From contig DATCTN010000010.1 in assembly GCA_036567965.1 (NCBI GenBank), positions 22,510 to 86,509 of the forward strand: a stretch of DNA of 64,000 nucleotides. Direction: 5' to 3'. Position 1 is the first letter of the stretch, and every line of letters begins with the position of its first letter. Below are positions 56,402 to 64,000 of this stretch, piece by piece. Source of the DNA: Candidatus Kryptoniota bacterium. GTDB taxonomy: Bacteria; Bacteroidota; Ignavibacteria; Kryptoniales; JAKASW01. Made by a program: the position numbers and the translations under genes. A model generated the notes under the pieces. It was not told the DNA's origin and searched no databases. It saw nothing but the letters and a program-made list of their open reading frames with translations.

Positions 56402-58220
56402 CAATCCTGAGAAGAGAGAAATGGAGAGACAGGAGCCGAAGATTGGCGTTTACATTTGTGATTGCGGTGGAAACATCAGCGATACGGTGAACTGTCAGAG
56501 AGTTGCAGAAGCTCTGGCAAAACTTCCGAACGTTGCTGTGTCACGGCGCTGCCAGTTCATGTGCTCCGATGCCGGTCAGAAGCTTGTCACAGACGACATT
56601 AGCGAGAACGGTGTCAATCGTGTCGTCGTGGGAGCGTGCTCCATTTTCCTTCACGAGCAGACTTTTCGAAGAACCGTCCAGCGTGCGGGGTTGAATCCCT
56701 ACTTCTATTATCACATCGGGTTGCGTGAACAGGACAGTTGGGTGCACCACGCTTGTCCGCCTGAAGCAACGGAGAAAGCCGTGAGGATGATGTCTGCGGG
56801 AGTTGCGAAAGCACGCAAGCTGCGACCACTCGAGTCGATTCATCTAGAAGCAGAAAAGCATGTCCTGGTTATTGGCGGCGGCGTAGCGGGACTGCGTGCC
56901 GCGCTATCGATTGCCCGCACCGAATTGAGAGTGACGCTCATCGAGAAAAGCAACTCTCTCGGCGGACACGTCATGCAGTGGAATCGGCTTTTCCCGACAG
57001 ATGAAGATGCCCGCAAAGTTGTCAACCGCCTCATCGCCGATGTGATGGCAGAGAACAAAATCGAAGTGATGACAGAAACGGAAGTGATATCCTCGAAAGG
57101 ATATGTCGGAAATTTCGATGTAAGAATTCGAAAACAATCCACCGAGACCGACATAAGAATTGGCGCAATCGTCATCGCGACTGGTTTCGAACCGTACGAT
57201 CCATTTCAGGGCGAGCTCGGCTATGGAACATATCCTGAGGTCATTACCCTTCCTCAATTGGAAAGTCTTCTCTCAGATCTGGCCGAACACGAGCTAAGAT
57301 GGAACAGCCATCCTGTACGCAGCGTCGCGATGATCCATTGCGTAGGGAGCCGACAGGTCGAAGGTGTGCACAAGCCCCAGCTCGACGGCAAAGTGAATGA
57401 CTATTGCTCTCGGGTGTGCTGCACCGCAACCCTGGCAGCTGCGAATGAAATCCGTGAGAGATTCCCCGATGTAAATGTGTACGATGTCTATCAGGACATC
57501 CGCGCTTACGGCCGCGGCCATGAAGATTATTATCTAAGAGCCTCGAAGAACCGTGTCACGTTCATTCGCTACTTTGCCGAGGAAGCGCCCGAGGTTCTCC
57601 ATGCTGAAGAAGGCGACCAATTTCCCCTCCTGGTGAAAGTGAAAGATCATCTGACATGGGGAGAAGAGATCGAACTGCCGGTGGACTTGGTTGTCCTTTC
57701 CGTTGGTATGATGCCGAGTCCCATTCAGGATTTGATGAGCATGTTCAAGGTTGCTCCGGGGAGCGATCGGTTTCTTCTCGAAGTGCATCCCAAACTAAGG
57801 CCCGTCGAGACGGCGGTTCCGGGCATTGTATTGGCAGGTACGGCGCAGGCACCCATGAACGTTCTGGAGAGTTGCGCAGCTGCAGAGGCTGCGGCTTCAA
57901 AAGTCAGCATTCTCCTGTGTCGCGGCGAAGTTGAACTTGAGCCTTACGTAGCGCAAGTGGATCCGGATCTTTGCAAGGGTAGCGGAGAGTGCGTTCGATT
58001 ATGTCCACAGGAAGGCGCCATCCACCTCGAGACGATCAACGTTGATGGCAAATCAACTCAGCGAGCTGTAGTGACAGAAGCGAACTGCAACGGTTGTGGA
58101 GTATGTGTGAGTGCTTGTCCTAATAGGGCAATTGACGTTCAGGGCTGGCAGCTCGACGAGTATGAGGCTATGGTACAGGCTATCGTTGCCGACATGCCTG
58201 CATTGGAGGACATTCCATGA
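56394..58220 (+). CDS. HdrA-like FAD/FeS oxidoreductase, long form (QmoB/HdrA-like)
   Basis: HdrA N-terminal domain is IGVYICDCGGNIS...FMCSDAGQ...VVVGACS..LHEQTFRR...GLNPY......LREQDSWVH. FAD fold is IGGGVAGLRAAL. CVGSRQ...YCSRVCC is present. C-terminal motifs are CKGSGECVRLCP and CNGCGVCVSACP. The start ATG 56394 overlaps the upstream stop (ATGTCTGA). Confidence 0.88.
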   Translation: MSDNPEKREMERQEPKIGVYICDCGGNISDTVNCQRVAEALAKLPNVAVSRRCQFMCSDAGQKLVTDDISENGVNRVVVGACSIFLHEQTFRRTVQRAGLNPYFYYHIGLREQDSWVHHACPPEATEKAVRMMSAGVAKARKLRPLESIHLEAEKHVLVIGGGVAGLRAALSIARTELRVTLIEKSNSLGGHVMQWNRLFPTDEDARKVVNRLIADVMAENKIEVMTETEVISSKGYVGNFDVRIRKQSTETDIRIGAIVIATGFEPYDPFQGELGYGTYPEVITLPQLESLLSDLAEHELRWNSHPVRSVAMIHCVGSRQVEGVHKPQLDGKVNDYCSRVCCTATLAAANEIRERFPDVNVYDVYQDIRAYGRGHEDYYLRASKNRVTFIRYFAEEAPEVLHAEEGDQFPLLVKVKDHLTWGEEIELPVDLVVLSVGMMPSPIQDLMSMFKVAPGSDRFLLEVHPKLRPVETAVPGIVLAGTAQAPMNVLESCAAAEAAASKVSILLCRGEVELEPYVAQVDPDLCKGSGECVRLCPQEGAIHLETINVDGKSTQRAVVTEANCNGCGVCVSACPNRAIDVQGWQLDEYEAMVQAIVADMPALEDIP

Positions 58221-58531
58221 CTGTGGACAAGAAGCAGGAAGCGCGAGAGCGAACGCGGATGCTCCTGGAGCTCCGGAAGGAATACTCCGTCACGGTGGAG
58301 AATGCGCAGGAATTGTTAAAGAAACAGCAAGCGGCGCGCAAGCTTCTCGAGAAAGCTATGCTCGACGGCCCTCACTCGATACCACACTTAGCTCAACAGA
58401 CCGGCATTCCCGCCGATGAGGTCTTATGGCATGTTGCTTCGATGAAGAAATATGGAATCGTTGTGGAAGTGGGGACTGACGAATCGGGGGATTACTTCGT
58501 CTACTCGTTAAGCAAGGAGGGGAAATCGTGA
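58217..58531 (+). CDS. Small protein with an N-terminal helical segment and a C-terminal winged-helix-like fold, inserted between the HdrA-like and QmoC-like genes
   Basis: 104 aa. ATGA overlap upstream and GTGA overlap downstream, with SD GGAGGA. The C-terminal segment SIPHLAQQTGIPADEVLWHVASMKKYGIVVEVG...YFVYSL resembles a wHTH. No family recognised. Confidence 0.65.
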   Translation: MTVDKKQEARERTRMLLELRKEYSVTVENAQELLKKQQAARKLLEKAMLDGPHSIPHLAQQTGIPADEVLWHVASMKKYGIVVEVGTDESGDYFVYSLSKEGKS

Positions 58532-59697
58532 GTTATCGAGCGGATCCGAGCTTCATTTCCCAGCTTCGAAAATATGGAGCGGTGAATATCGAGTCATGCT
58601 TTAACTGCGGCAACTGTACCGCTGTGTGTCCTCTCTCTTCGGACGAAGACAACTTCCCGCGTCGGATGATCCGTTATGGACAACTTGGAATGAAAGATAA
58701 ACTTCTCGGAAGCAAGGAGCTTTGGCTGTGCTATTCCTGCGGTGAATGCACGGCGACATGTCCGCGGCAGGCTGACCCGGGAGAATTCATGGCAGCCGCA
58801 AGAAGATATGCAATTGCCCGGTACGACAGGGTCCGACTTGCAAGCTTGATGTACACGTCATCCATATTTAACCTTCTATTTCTGCTCTTCCTGGCAGTGG
58901 TGCTGGGCACTTTCATTTACTCTTTCCATGGTTCAATGCCCACCCAATCGCTCCGCCTATTCGACTTCATTCCTTCCGAAGTGATCCATGATGCCGGAAT
59001 CATCGCGGGTCTCGTCGTTATTTTAATCGCTATGTTGGGGTCCTTCAGCATGATCTCCAACATCAGAAGAAACATTGCTATTCCTGAGGATATTCGCTTC
59101 GATCACAAGTCGGCAATGACTGAAACAATCGCCGAAGTCTTCACCCAGCGGAGATATCGGCGCGATTGCAAGACTTCTTTGAAAACTCAGCCGTGGTATT
59201 TCCAGAAATGGTTTCTTCACGCGTCGATGCTCTGGGGATTCATGGGATTGTTCCTTGCGACTGCCCTTGACTTTTTCCTTGCCTTGACTGGAACGAAGCC
59301 GACAGGAACATGGGTGCCTATCTGGTATCCTGTCCGCCTGCTTGGAACGCTCGCAGGACTCATGCTCATGTATGGCACTACGGGTGCGATTGTTAAACGG
59401 TTGCTCAAGGGAGATGATTCATATCGACATTCTACCTCTACCGATTGGTCTTTCCTTGTGATCTTATGGCTATCGGGTCTGACGGGGTTTGTCTTGGAAG
59501 TTGCAGTTTATCTTCCGGAGCCGCACGCTTGGAGTTACTGGATGCTTCTCGCCCATTTGATCATTGTGGGAGAGCTGCTCATACTTCTGCCTTTCACAAA
59601 GTTTGCACATGTCATTTATAGAACAATGGCTCTTTACGTTCACGCTCTCAAGCCCCTACCGGAAACGGAACCTGCCGTGACTGAAGTAAAGGAATGA
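58528..59697 (+). CDS. QmoC-like membrane subunit: HdrC-type 2x[4Fe-4S] domain fused to an HdrE/NarI-type multi-TM (putative di-haem b) domain
   Basis: 389 aa. Motifs CFNCGNCTAVCP and CYSCGECTATCP are followed by about 6 hydrophobic helices with conserved His (e.g. FLHASMLWG, LLAHLIIVGE, FTKFAHVIYR). Confidence 0.82.
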   Translation: MSYRADPSFISQLRKYGAVNIESCFNCGNCTAVCPLSSDEDNFPRRMIRYGQLGMKDKLLGSKELWLCYSCGECTATCPRQADPGEFMAAARRYAIARYDRVRLASLMYTSSIFNLLFLLFLAVVLGTFIYSFHGSMPTQSLRLFDFIPSEVIHDAGIIAGLVVILIAMLGSFSMISNIRRNIAIPEDIRFDHKSAMTETIAEVFTQRRYRRDCKTSLKTQPWYFQKWFLHASMLWGFMGLFLATALDFFLALTGTKPTGTWVPIWYPVRLLGTLAGLMLMYGTTGAIVKRLLKGDDSYRHSTSTDWSFLVILWLSGLTGFVLEVAVYLPEPHAWSYWMLLAHLIIVGELLILLPFTKFAHVIYRTMALYVHALKPLPETEPAVTEVKE

Positions 59698-59762
59698 ATG
59701 TCGATGGTTGAGAATGTGAAATCGAATCAAATCTGAATCACAAAATCAAAGGAGATCTTAAA

Positions 59763-60125
59763 ATGGCTGAGAAAATGATGGTCGTATGCAACGGTTCAGC
59801 GCCAAGCAATATCATGCCGGCGTTGATTTTCGCTTCATCCGGCATTGCACTCGATTATGAGGTGCACATGTTTTTTTGTCCGGCTGGTGCACAAATGCTC
59901 GTAAAAGGTGAATTGGAGAAACTCGGGACACCTAAGGGGATGCCTAACCCAGTGAATCTGTTCAACACGATAATGGACCAGAAGGGCAAAGTCGTGTTCT
60001 GCGAGCTTGCAATTGAAAACAAAGGGATCAAGCCCGAGGACCTACGCGACAAGCGTATCGTCATTGAGAAAGTACCACCGTTCCTCATGGGTGCGAGCGG
60101 AGCGGGAATGACCTTCGTGTTCTAA
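59763..60125 (+). CDS. DsrE/DsrF/DrsH-like (DsrE2-type) small protein
   Basis: 120 aa. MMVVCNGSAPSNIMPALIFASSGIALDYEVHMFFCPAGAQML...VFCELA resembles the PF13686-type pattern (from memory). Strong SD. Confidence 0.7.
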   Translation: MAEKMMVVCNGSAPSNIMPALIFASSGIALDYEVHMFFCPAGAQMLVKGELEKLGTPKGMPNPVNLFNTIMDQKGKVVFCELAIENKGIKPEDLRDKRIVIEKVPPFLMGASGAGMTFVF

Positions 60126-60137
60126 AAACACTTTATA

Positions 60138-60176
60138 GAGAGCGGCGAGTACCTCCTCTCCCTCGCCGTTCTCTTT
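60138..60176. terminator. Hairpin between convergent genes (candidate bidirectional terminator)
   Basis: GAGAGCGGCGAG-(12 nt)-CTCGCCGTTCTC forms a 12-bp stem with one mismatch, followed by ttt. Confidence 0.55.
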
Positions 60177-60447
60177 AATATCCTGGCATGTCGGCTAATC
60201 GGCCGGCGTTGGTTATGTTTGTGTAGCCGCTGATCCTGAGAATCTTCGGATCGTAAGTATTTCTTGCACCGGATTTACAGTAAACAATCACAAGTTTTGT
60301 TTTTTCGCCGATCTCCAATATTCTCAACTGCAATTGATCCGCCGGGATGTTGATGGCATCGGGATGGTGACCATCTTCGTGTTCATATTATGATCGGACG
60401 TCGATGATGAGTCCGCCCGATTTTAGCTTATCTATTAATGAAGGCAT
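60175..60447 (-). pseudogene. Single-domain rhodanese sulfurtransferase with an in-frame TAA at codon 20
   Basis: The minus-strand translation is MPSLIDKLKSGGLIIDVRS*YEHEDGHHPDAINIPADQL...KLVIVYCKSGARNTYDPKILRISGYTNITNAGRLADMPGY*. It has the rhodanese signature DVR..(x)E...GH.P.AINIP and the active-site loop CKSGAR. The TAA is at 60388-60390. It is absent from the ORF track because of this stop. Confidence 0.75.
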
Positions 60448-60601
60448 GTTTTCATTTCTCGCTTATTAATTTTCATTTTAAAATTTCTATCTATTGACCT
60501 GCCCCCCAATTAGCGATCCAGTCTTGAGTCAGCAGTCTCGACCAAGGAATACCTTGCCTGGGCCCATTTTCCGGGCAACGACTGGGATTTCGATATCTAA
60601 A

Positions 60602-60633
60602 AAGTTCGAGTCATCGTTCCGATCGGGGAGCAA
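60602..60633 (+). repeat. 32-nt exact direct repeat, copy A (partner at 63303-63334)
   Basis: aagttcgagtcatcgttccgatcggggagcaa is identical at both sites, with weaker similarity in the flanks. On the minus strand both copies encode LLPDRNDDSN(F/L). Confidence 0.85.
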
Positions 60634-60815
60634 CGAGGCCAGCGTCCTTCACTCTGTCGCCGCGATAATCTCGCCGTAAAGTCCCTCTCGCCCGGAATCG
60701 CAATATCCTCATCACGTTGCCAATACTTGGCAGGAACACCACCTTATCACCATTAAATCAAATGGGCGGGTCAGCGGGATTATGAGACACTAAAGTCCTT
60801 GGGGCAAAGCCCATC

Positions 60816-63164
60816 TCAGTTTTGCCACAAATATTGCACTTTCAAGAAGAACTGTTGGACTGTCCTTTCCATTCCGTAAGGCTGATCAAATTTTGTGAAG
60901 TTGTGATCTGAGCCAGCATAGAAAACGGTGAAGGGATTGAGCTTGTAACTGATGAGCGGATCGACCTGAAGTTGCTTCGCAAACTGATCGTACTGAGGTA
61001 TCAATCTCACGAACAACTCCGGCGAGAATTGATAGACAACAGCCGCGCGCACAATATAACCATCGAAGAAAAGCTGTTGCGCGTAATACGACCACGCCCG
61101 TGACCGCGCATAAGTGAAATCAAGTGAAAGTCTGTCGGTCGGTTTCAAGACGATTTCGGCCGATAGATTGTATCCTCTTCCAAGCTCGGGCGTGTCTGTG
61201 CGATAGATAAGCCTTCCAACCTGGGCCCATAAACTTATATAGAAACTGCTTATGGGATTTGTGTTTAGGTAAGCTTCTGTCCGGTAAAGTTTGTGGAACT
61301 GAACTCCGTGGAACATTTCTTCTTGCACGGGATAGTAATAAACATAAGCATATGTCTGACCCTTCAGGGTTGCTTGAGCCTGGATTGAGCCGCCTGCGAA
61401 TTTCCGTGTGCCATCATAGTTGAACTTCACACCGGAATTTGTCTGCAGAGAGGCGTTCTCGACGAACGAGTTGTTGAAATAAACAGTGTAGCCCTGCCAG
61501 AAAGTTATCTGGCGAAAATCATTTGAAGTGATGAATCCGTCTTGTGCTTGGAAAGTTGGAGACACACTGGCCCCGCCAAGGTCAAAGCTGTAATCGCGAG
61601 CGTTGCGTATAATATCGACTTGATAGCCTCCACCTGAGTAGCTCTGTCCGTCAAATGTTGCGGTGTACGGAGTTGAGCCGAAATATCGGTCGCTGGAAAA
61701 GAGAGAAGTGTCGTTTATTTCTTTAGTGTCCGATAAACCTGCCTGTCCAGTAAAATAGTAATTGCCCGCGAAAAGGAGGTTCCAATCAACCGTGCCAACA
61801 TAGTTATGAGCATCCGTGAAATTTCTGCTCGTCAGTAATCCGCCCACGAACGATTCGTTGCCGATATTATATCTACCTCTGAGAACGTTGCTCCACGATT
61901 TCAACGAAGAGGATACAAAATCGCTTCCTTCCTCCCCCGGAATAATGAACGGAGATTGCCTGTCTTCGGCTCCTAAGTACGCAAGCGAAAACAAGCCTGC
62001 TTTGTCAGTCAATTTCACAGACGCTAGTGGATCGTTTATCATGCGGGAATAGAATACGCTCGCTTCAGTATTGAAAAGGCTGGCACCTTCCAGAAAGAAT
62101 GGTCGCTTCTCAGGATAGAAAATGGCAAATGTGTTGTTGACACTGATTTGAGTCGCATCAGATTCTACTTCGCCAAAATCGGGATTCAAAACGCCAGCCA
62201 GCACGAAGGACGATGATGGAGCATACTTCACTCCTGTTCCGACTCTTCCTGTGACCGGACCGTTTGCAAAGCCGGACGTAGGATCCCCGGCGTCATTCAG
62301 CGATCCGGACTGAACTCCCATTACATAGGGCAAAAGCTCCAAATTATTTGATGATTCTATCCCTTCTATGCTATCTATTGTACCACTCTGGCAAAAGATA
62401 CAGGGATTATTGCGGTCTATCGTTGTCCATGTCATCTGGTAGCGGCTGTCACGCGGCATGTTCCGGACAAATTCCGCTATCCAATGCTGCTCGTGAAACG
62501 AAGGAAAGCGAAGACTCTTGAATGGGATTGCCATTTCTGCCGTCCAGCCAGAATCACTTATGTGAGCCGCTGAGTACCATACGCAATCGAAGCTCATGTC
62601 CTCGTTATTGCCTGTTCTCATACCATCACCCTGTATGGCGTAAGGGTTCACAAACAACTCGTACCCATCTTGCATTGTTCCATAAGTATCTAGAAGTATT
62701 CCGACATAATCATCGCTGAACATGTTATCACGGTCGCAGATGTTTGCCCTGATAAGTTTAGCTGAGGAATCGAGGCAGTTGAACCCGAAATATACGTAAT
62801 CGGAATTGTAGAGTACATAGACGAGAGTTTTCTGACGGGCAGGAGTATTCTCGCCGGGTTGAATCTCGTAATCTATTCCAATCGGCGTAACTAGCTTCCA
62901 GAGCGGGTCGGACAATTTGCCAGTGAGATCGATGTCCCTGTTTATCTTAACCGCTTTCAAATGATATTTGTCCGGGTTTGCGGAATTGTAAGCGAGTGAG
63001 ATGGACGAAAGAGTTAATGAAAGAACGAACAATGAATAACAAATACCAGAAAATAAAAGGTGATTTCTACTTTCTTTTCGAATGTGCCGTTTTACGTTCA
63101 GCATTGCTTCAACTGTTCTTAATGATAATAAGTGATACGGGAGGAGTGCGGATAATGTTTCCAA
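60816..63164 (-). CDS. CBM9-like + DUF5916-type outer-membrane protein (copy 2)
   Basis: 782 aa. It aligns end-to-end with 23913..26216 (e.g. IDLTGKLSDP.WKL, YEIQPGEN.PAR, RDSRY..TWT.IDRNNPC..CQ.GTID, ATQISVNNTFAIFYPEKRPFFLEGA, ending QFF.K.QYLWQ). Confidence 0.72.
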   Translation of the reverse strand: METLSALLPYHLLSLRTVEAMLNVKRHIRKESRNHLLFSGICYSLFVLSLTLSSISLAYNSANPDKYHLKAVKINRDIDLTGKLSDPLWKLVTPIGIDYEIQPGENTPARQKTLVYVLYNSDYVYFGFNCLDSSAKLIRANICDRDNMFSDDYVGILLDTYGTMQDGYELFVNPYAIQGDGMRTGNNEDMSFDCVWYSAAHISDSGWTAEMAIPFKSLRFPSFHEQHWIAEFVRNMPRDSRYQMTWTTIDRNNPCIFCQSGTIDSIEGIESSNNLELLPYVMGVQSGSLNDAGDPTSGFANGPVTGRVGTGVKYAPSSSFVLAGVLNPDFGEVESDATQISVNNTFAIFYPEKRPFFLEGASLFNTEASVFYSRMINDPLASVKLTDKAGLFSLAYLGAEDRQSPFIIPGEEGSDFVSSSLKSWSNVLRGRYNIGNESFVGGLLTSRNFTDAHNYVGTVDWNLLFAGNYYFTGQAGLSDTKEINDTSLFSSDRYFGSTPYTATFDGQSYSGGGYQVDIIRNARDYSFDLGGASVSPTFQAQDGFITSNDFRQITFWQGYTVYFNNSFVENASLQTNSGVKFNYDGTRKFAGGSIQAQATLKGQTYAYVYYYPVQEEMFHGVQFHKLYRTEAYLNTNPISSFYISLWAQVGRLIYRTDTPELGRGYNLSAEIVLKPTDRLSLDFTYARSRAWSYYAQQLFFDGYIVRAAVVYQFSPELFVRLIPQYDQFAKQLQVDPLISYKLNPFTVFYAGSDHNFTKFDQPYGMERTVQQFFLKVQYLWQN

Positions 63165-63196
63165 AGCTATCTCATTAGATAAAGCTCATAAGTCGG

Positions 63197-63505
63197 CTAC
63201 ACCAACTCGGTCGGAGAATACTCTTCATGATGTTGTCTCACCGCCAATCGAATCTCTCCCCTCGCCAGTTTCTGCAAAATCACCTCGATCATGACTCTTA
63301 CCAAGTTCGAGTCATCGTTCCGATCGGGGAGCAAAGCGGTCGGATCTACCAACTCCAGAACGTTCTCCAAGAGCCCTTCGATGGACAAGCCTTCTCGCTT
63401 AGGTTCCGTTTTCGTCTGCTCAAAGGCGTCTTCTGTATTCCTACCTTGTACTCCCTCGGAAGTTATGATCACGAACAATTCTTCATTGTTGCTTATCCGG
63501 GGCAA
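63197..63505 (-). CDS. Hypothetical protein (about 102 aa, TTG start) carrying repeat copy B
   Basis: The ORF has no recognised domain. It contains ...LVDPTALLPDRNDDSNLVRVMIEVILQKLARGEI.... A stop-interrupted fragment of a related sequence lies at about 60500-60650 on the minus strand. Confidence 0.35.
   Translation of the reverse strand: MPRISNNEELFVIITSEGVQGRNTEDAFEQTKTEPKREGLSIEGLLENVLELVDPTALLPDRNDDSNLVRVMIEVILQKLARGEIRLAVRQHHEEYSPTELV
63303..63334 (+). repeat. 32-nt exact direct repeat, copy B (partner at 60602-60633)
   Basis: See copy A. The two copies bracket the DUF5916 copy-2 gene in direct orientation. Confidence 0.85.
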
Positions 63506-63787
63506 TGCAGATTCCGGGAATTGTCAAAGATGCCAGAGCTCCGTTCGCAAAGTAAGATCCCAAGGGGTGGCCTTGTCGCGACCACGCGCACTTGACAATG
63601 AGGTTCATGTTCGGTAACGTCAGGTGTCGGGACTGTCAAGTATTCGGGACGTTGTGATTTGAAAGGGGACAACCGTATGCATCAAATGAAAAGCCCTAAA
63701 GGTCCGAGAAGAACTCTGTTTATCGCTTATCTTCCAGGCGTCCCGACGAGTGTATGTAGTACTGCGGGCACTGCCAGACCTTCGGGG

Positions 63788-64000
63788 ATGATGTTCGGGA
63801 AGAAGATCGTGGCGATAATACCACTTGTAATTCTTATTGCAGGTATGGCATATGGCTCAGGATACAAAGTCCCAACAAAACCTGCATCGGTTGCCGTTGC
63901 AGATATTAACTTAGACGGACATCCGGATATTATTCTGGGGCATGAAGTAGAGGGTGTCGGGGGACTTCTATCGATCCTCACGAACGATGGGAAGGGGAAT
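63788..64000 (+). CDS. FG-GAP/VCBS-repeat protein, 5' part only (runs off the window)
   Basis: The frame is open from ATG 63788 (alternatively ATG 63677) to the window end. MMFGKKIVAIIPLVILIAG is a signal/TM segment, followed by VAVADINLDGHPDIILG, a classic FG-GAP/VCBS Ca-binding repeat. It is not in the ORF track because it has no stop. Confidence 0.65.
   Translation, partial: MMFGKKIVAIIPLVILIAGMAYGSGYKVPTKPASVAVADINLDGHPDIILGHEVEGVGGLLSILTNDGKGN

Overview
Most of this 64-kb window is syntenic chromosomal DNA from a non-enteric bacterium. A T9SS-type C-terminal sorting domain, a TonB-dependent receptor with a CarboxypepD_reg-like N-terminus, DUF5916/CBM9-like outer-membrane proteins and sigma-54 regulation suggest the FCB superphylum (Ignavibacteria/Bacteroidota-like). 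That placement is inference only. About 60 protein genes are supported, along with 2 tRNAs (Gln-UUG, Asn-GUU), one tRNA-Asn 5' fragment, several hairpin terminators and a few repeats. Housekeeping blocks are: (1) an RsbU/RsbV/RsbW-type partner-switching module; (2) tRNA-Gln-prs-rplY(ctc)-pth-rpsF-ssb-rpsR-rplI; (3) ccdA-korAB-nrnA-pepA; (4) a redox set of trxA, TlpA-like and OsmC genes; (5) surE and an RRM protein; (6) a tightly overlapped fni-polyprenyl synthase-ptsH-ptsI-PGI/PMI operon; (7) dnaB, UDG, hemN and prfA. Accessory-looking parts are a TBDR/T9SS beta-helix/metallophosphatase operon, two diverged DUF5916 paralogues about 37 kb apart, a 938-aa peptidase-like/PD40/Omp85 fusion protein, and a 900-bp non-coding stretch with a roughly 130-bp degenerate tandem repeat. 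The most interesting region is 48.0-60.5 kb. A PAS-PAS sigma-54 activator sits divergently next to a cluster of NifX-like, DUF5320 and Zn-ribbon genes, followed by a sulfur-relay set (DsrE-like, TusA, DsrE2-like, rhodanese) wrapped around an atypical Qmo/Hdr-like complex. That complex is a Cys-less MvhD-like protein, two HdrA-like flavoproteins, a small winged-helix ORF and a QmoC-like FeS/cytochrome-b membrane subunit. The island also carries palindromic ATTGCAAT sites and well-spaced -24/-12 promoter candidates. Two of its accessory genes look disrupted: a 1-nt frameshift in the DsrE-like gene and an in-frame TAA in the rhodanese gene. No CRISPR array, rRNA, transposase, integrase or recognisable defence system was seen. 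All calls come from reading the sequence and ORF translations and recalling family motifs. No searches were run.
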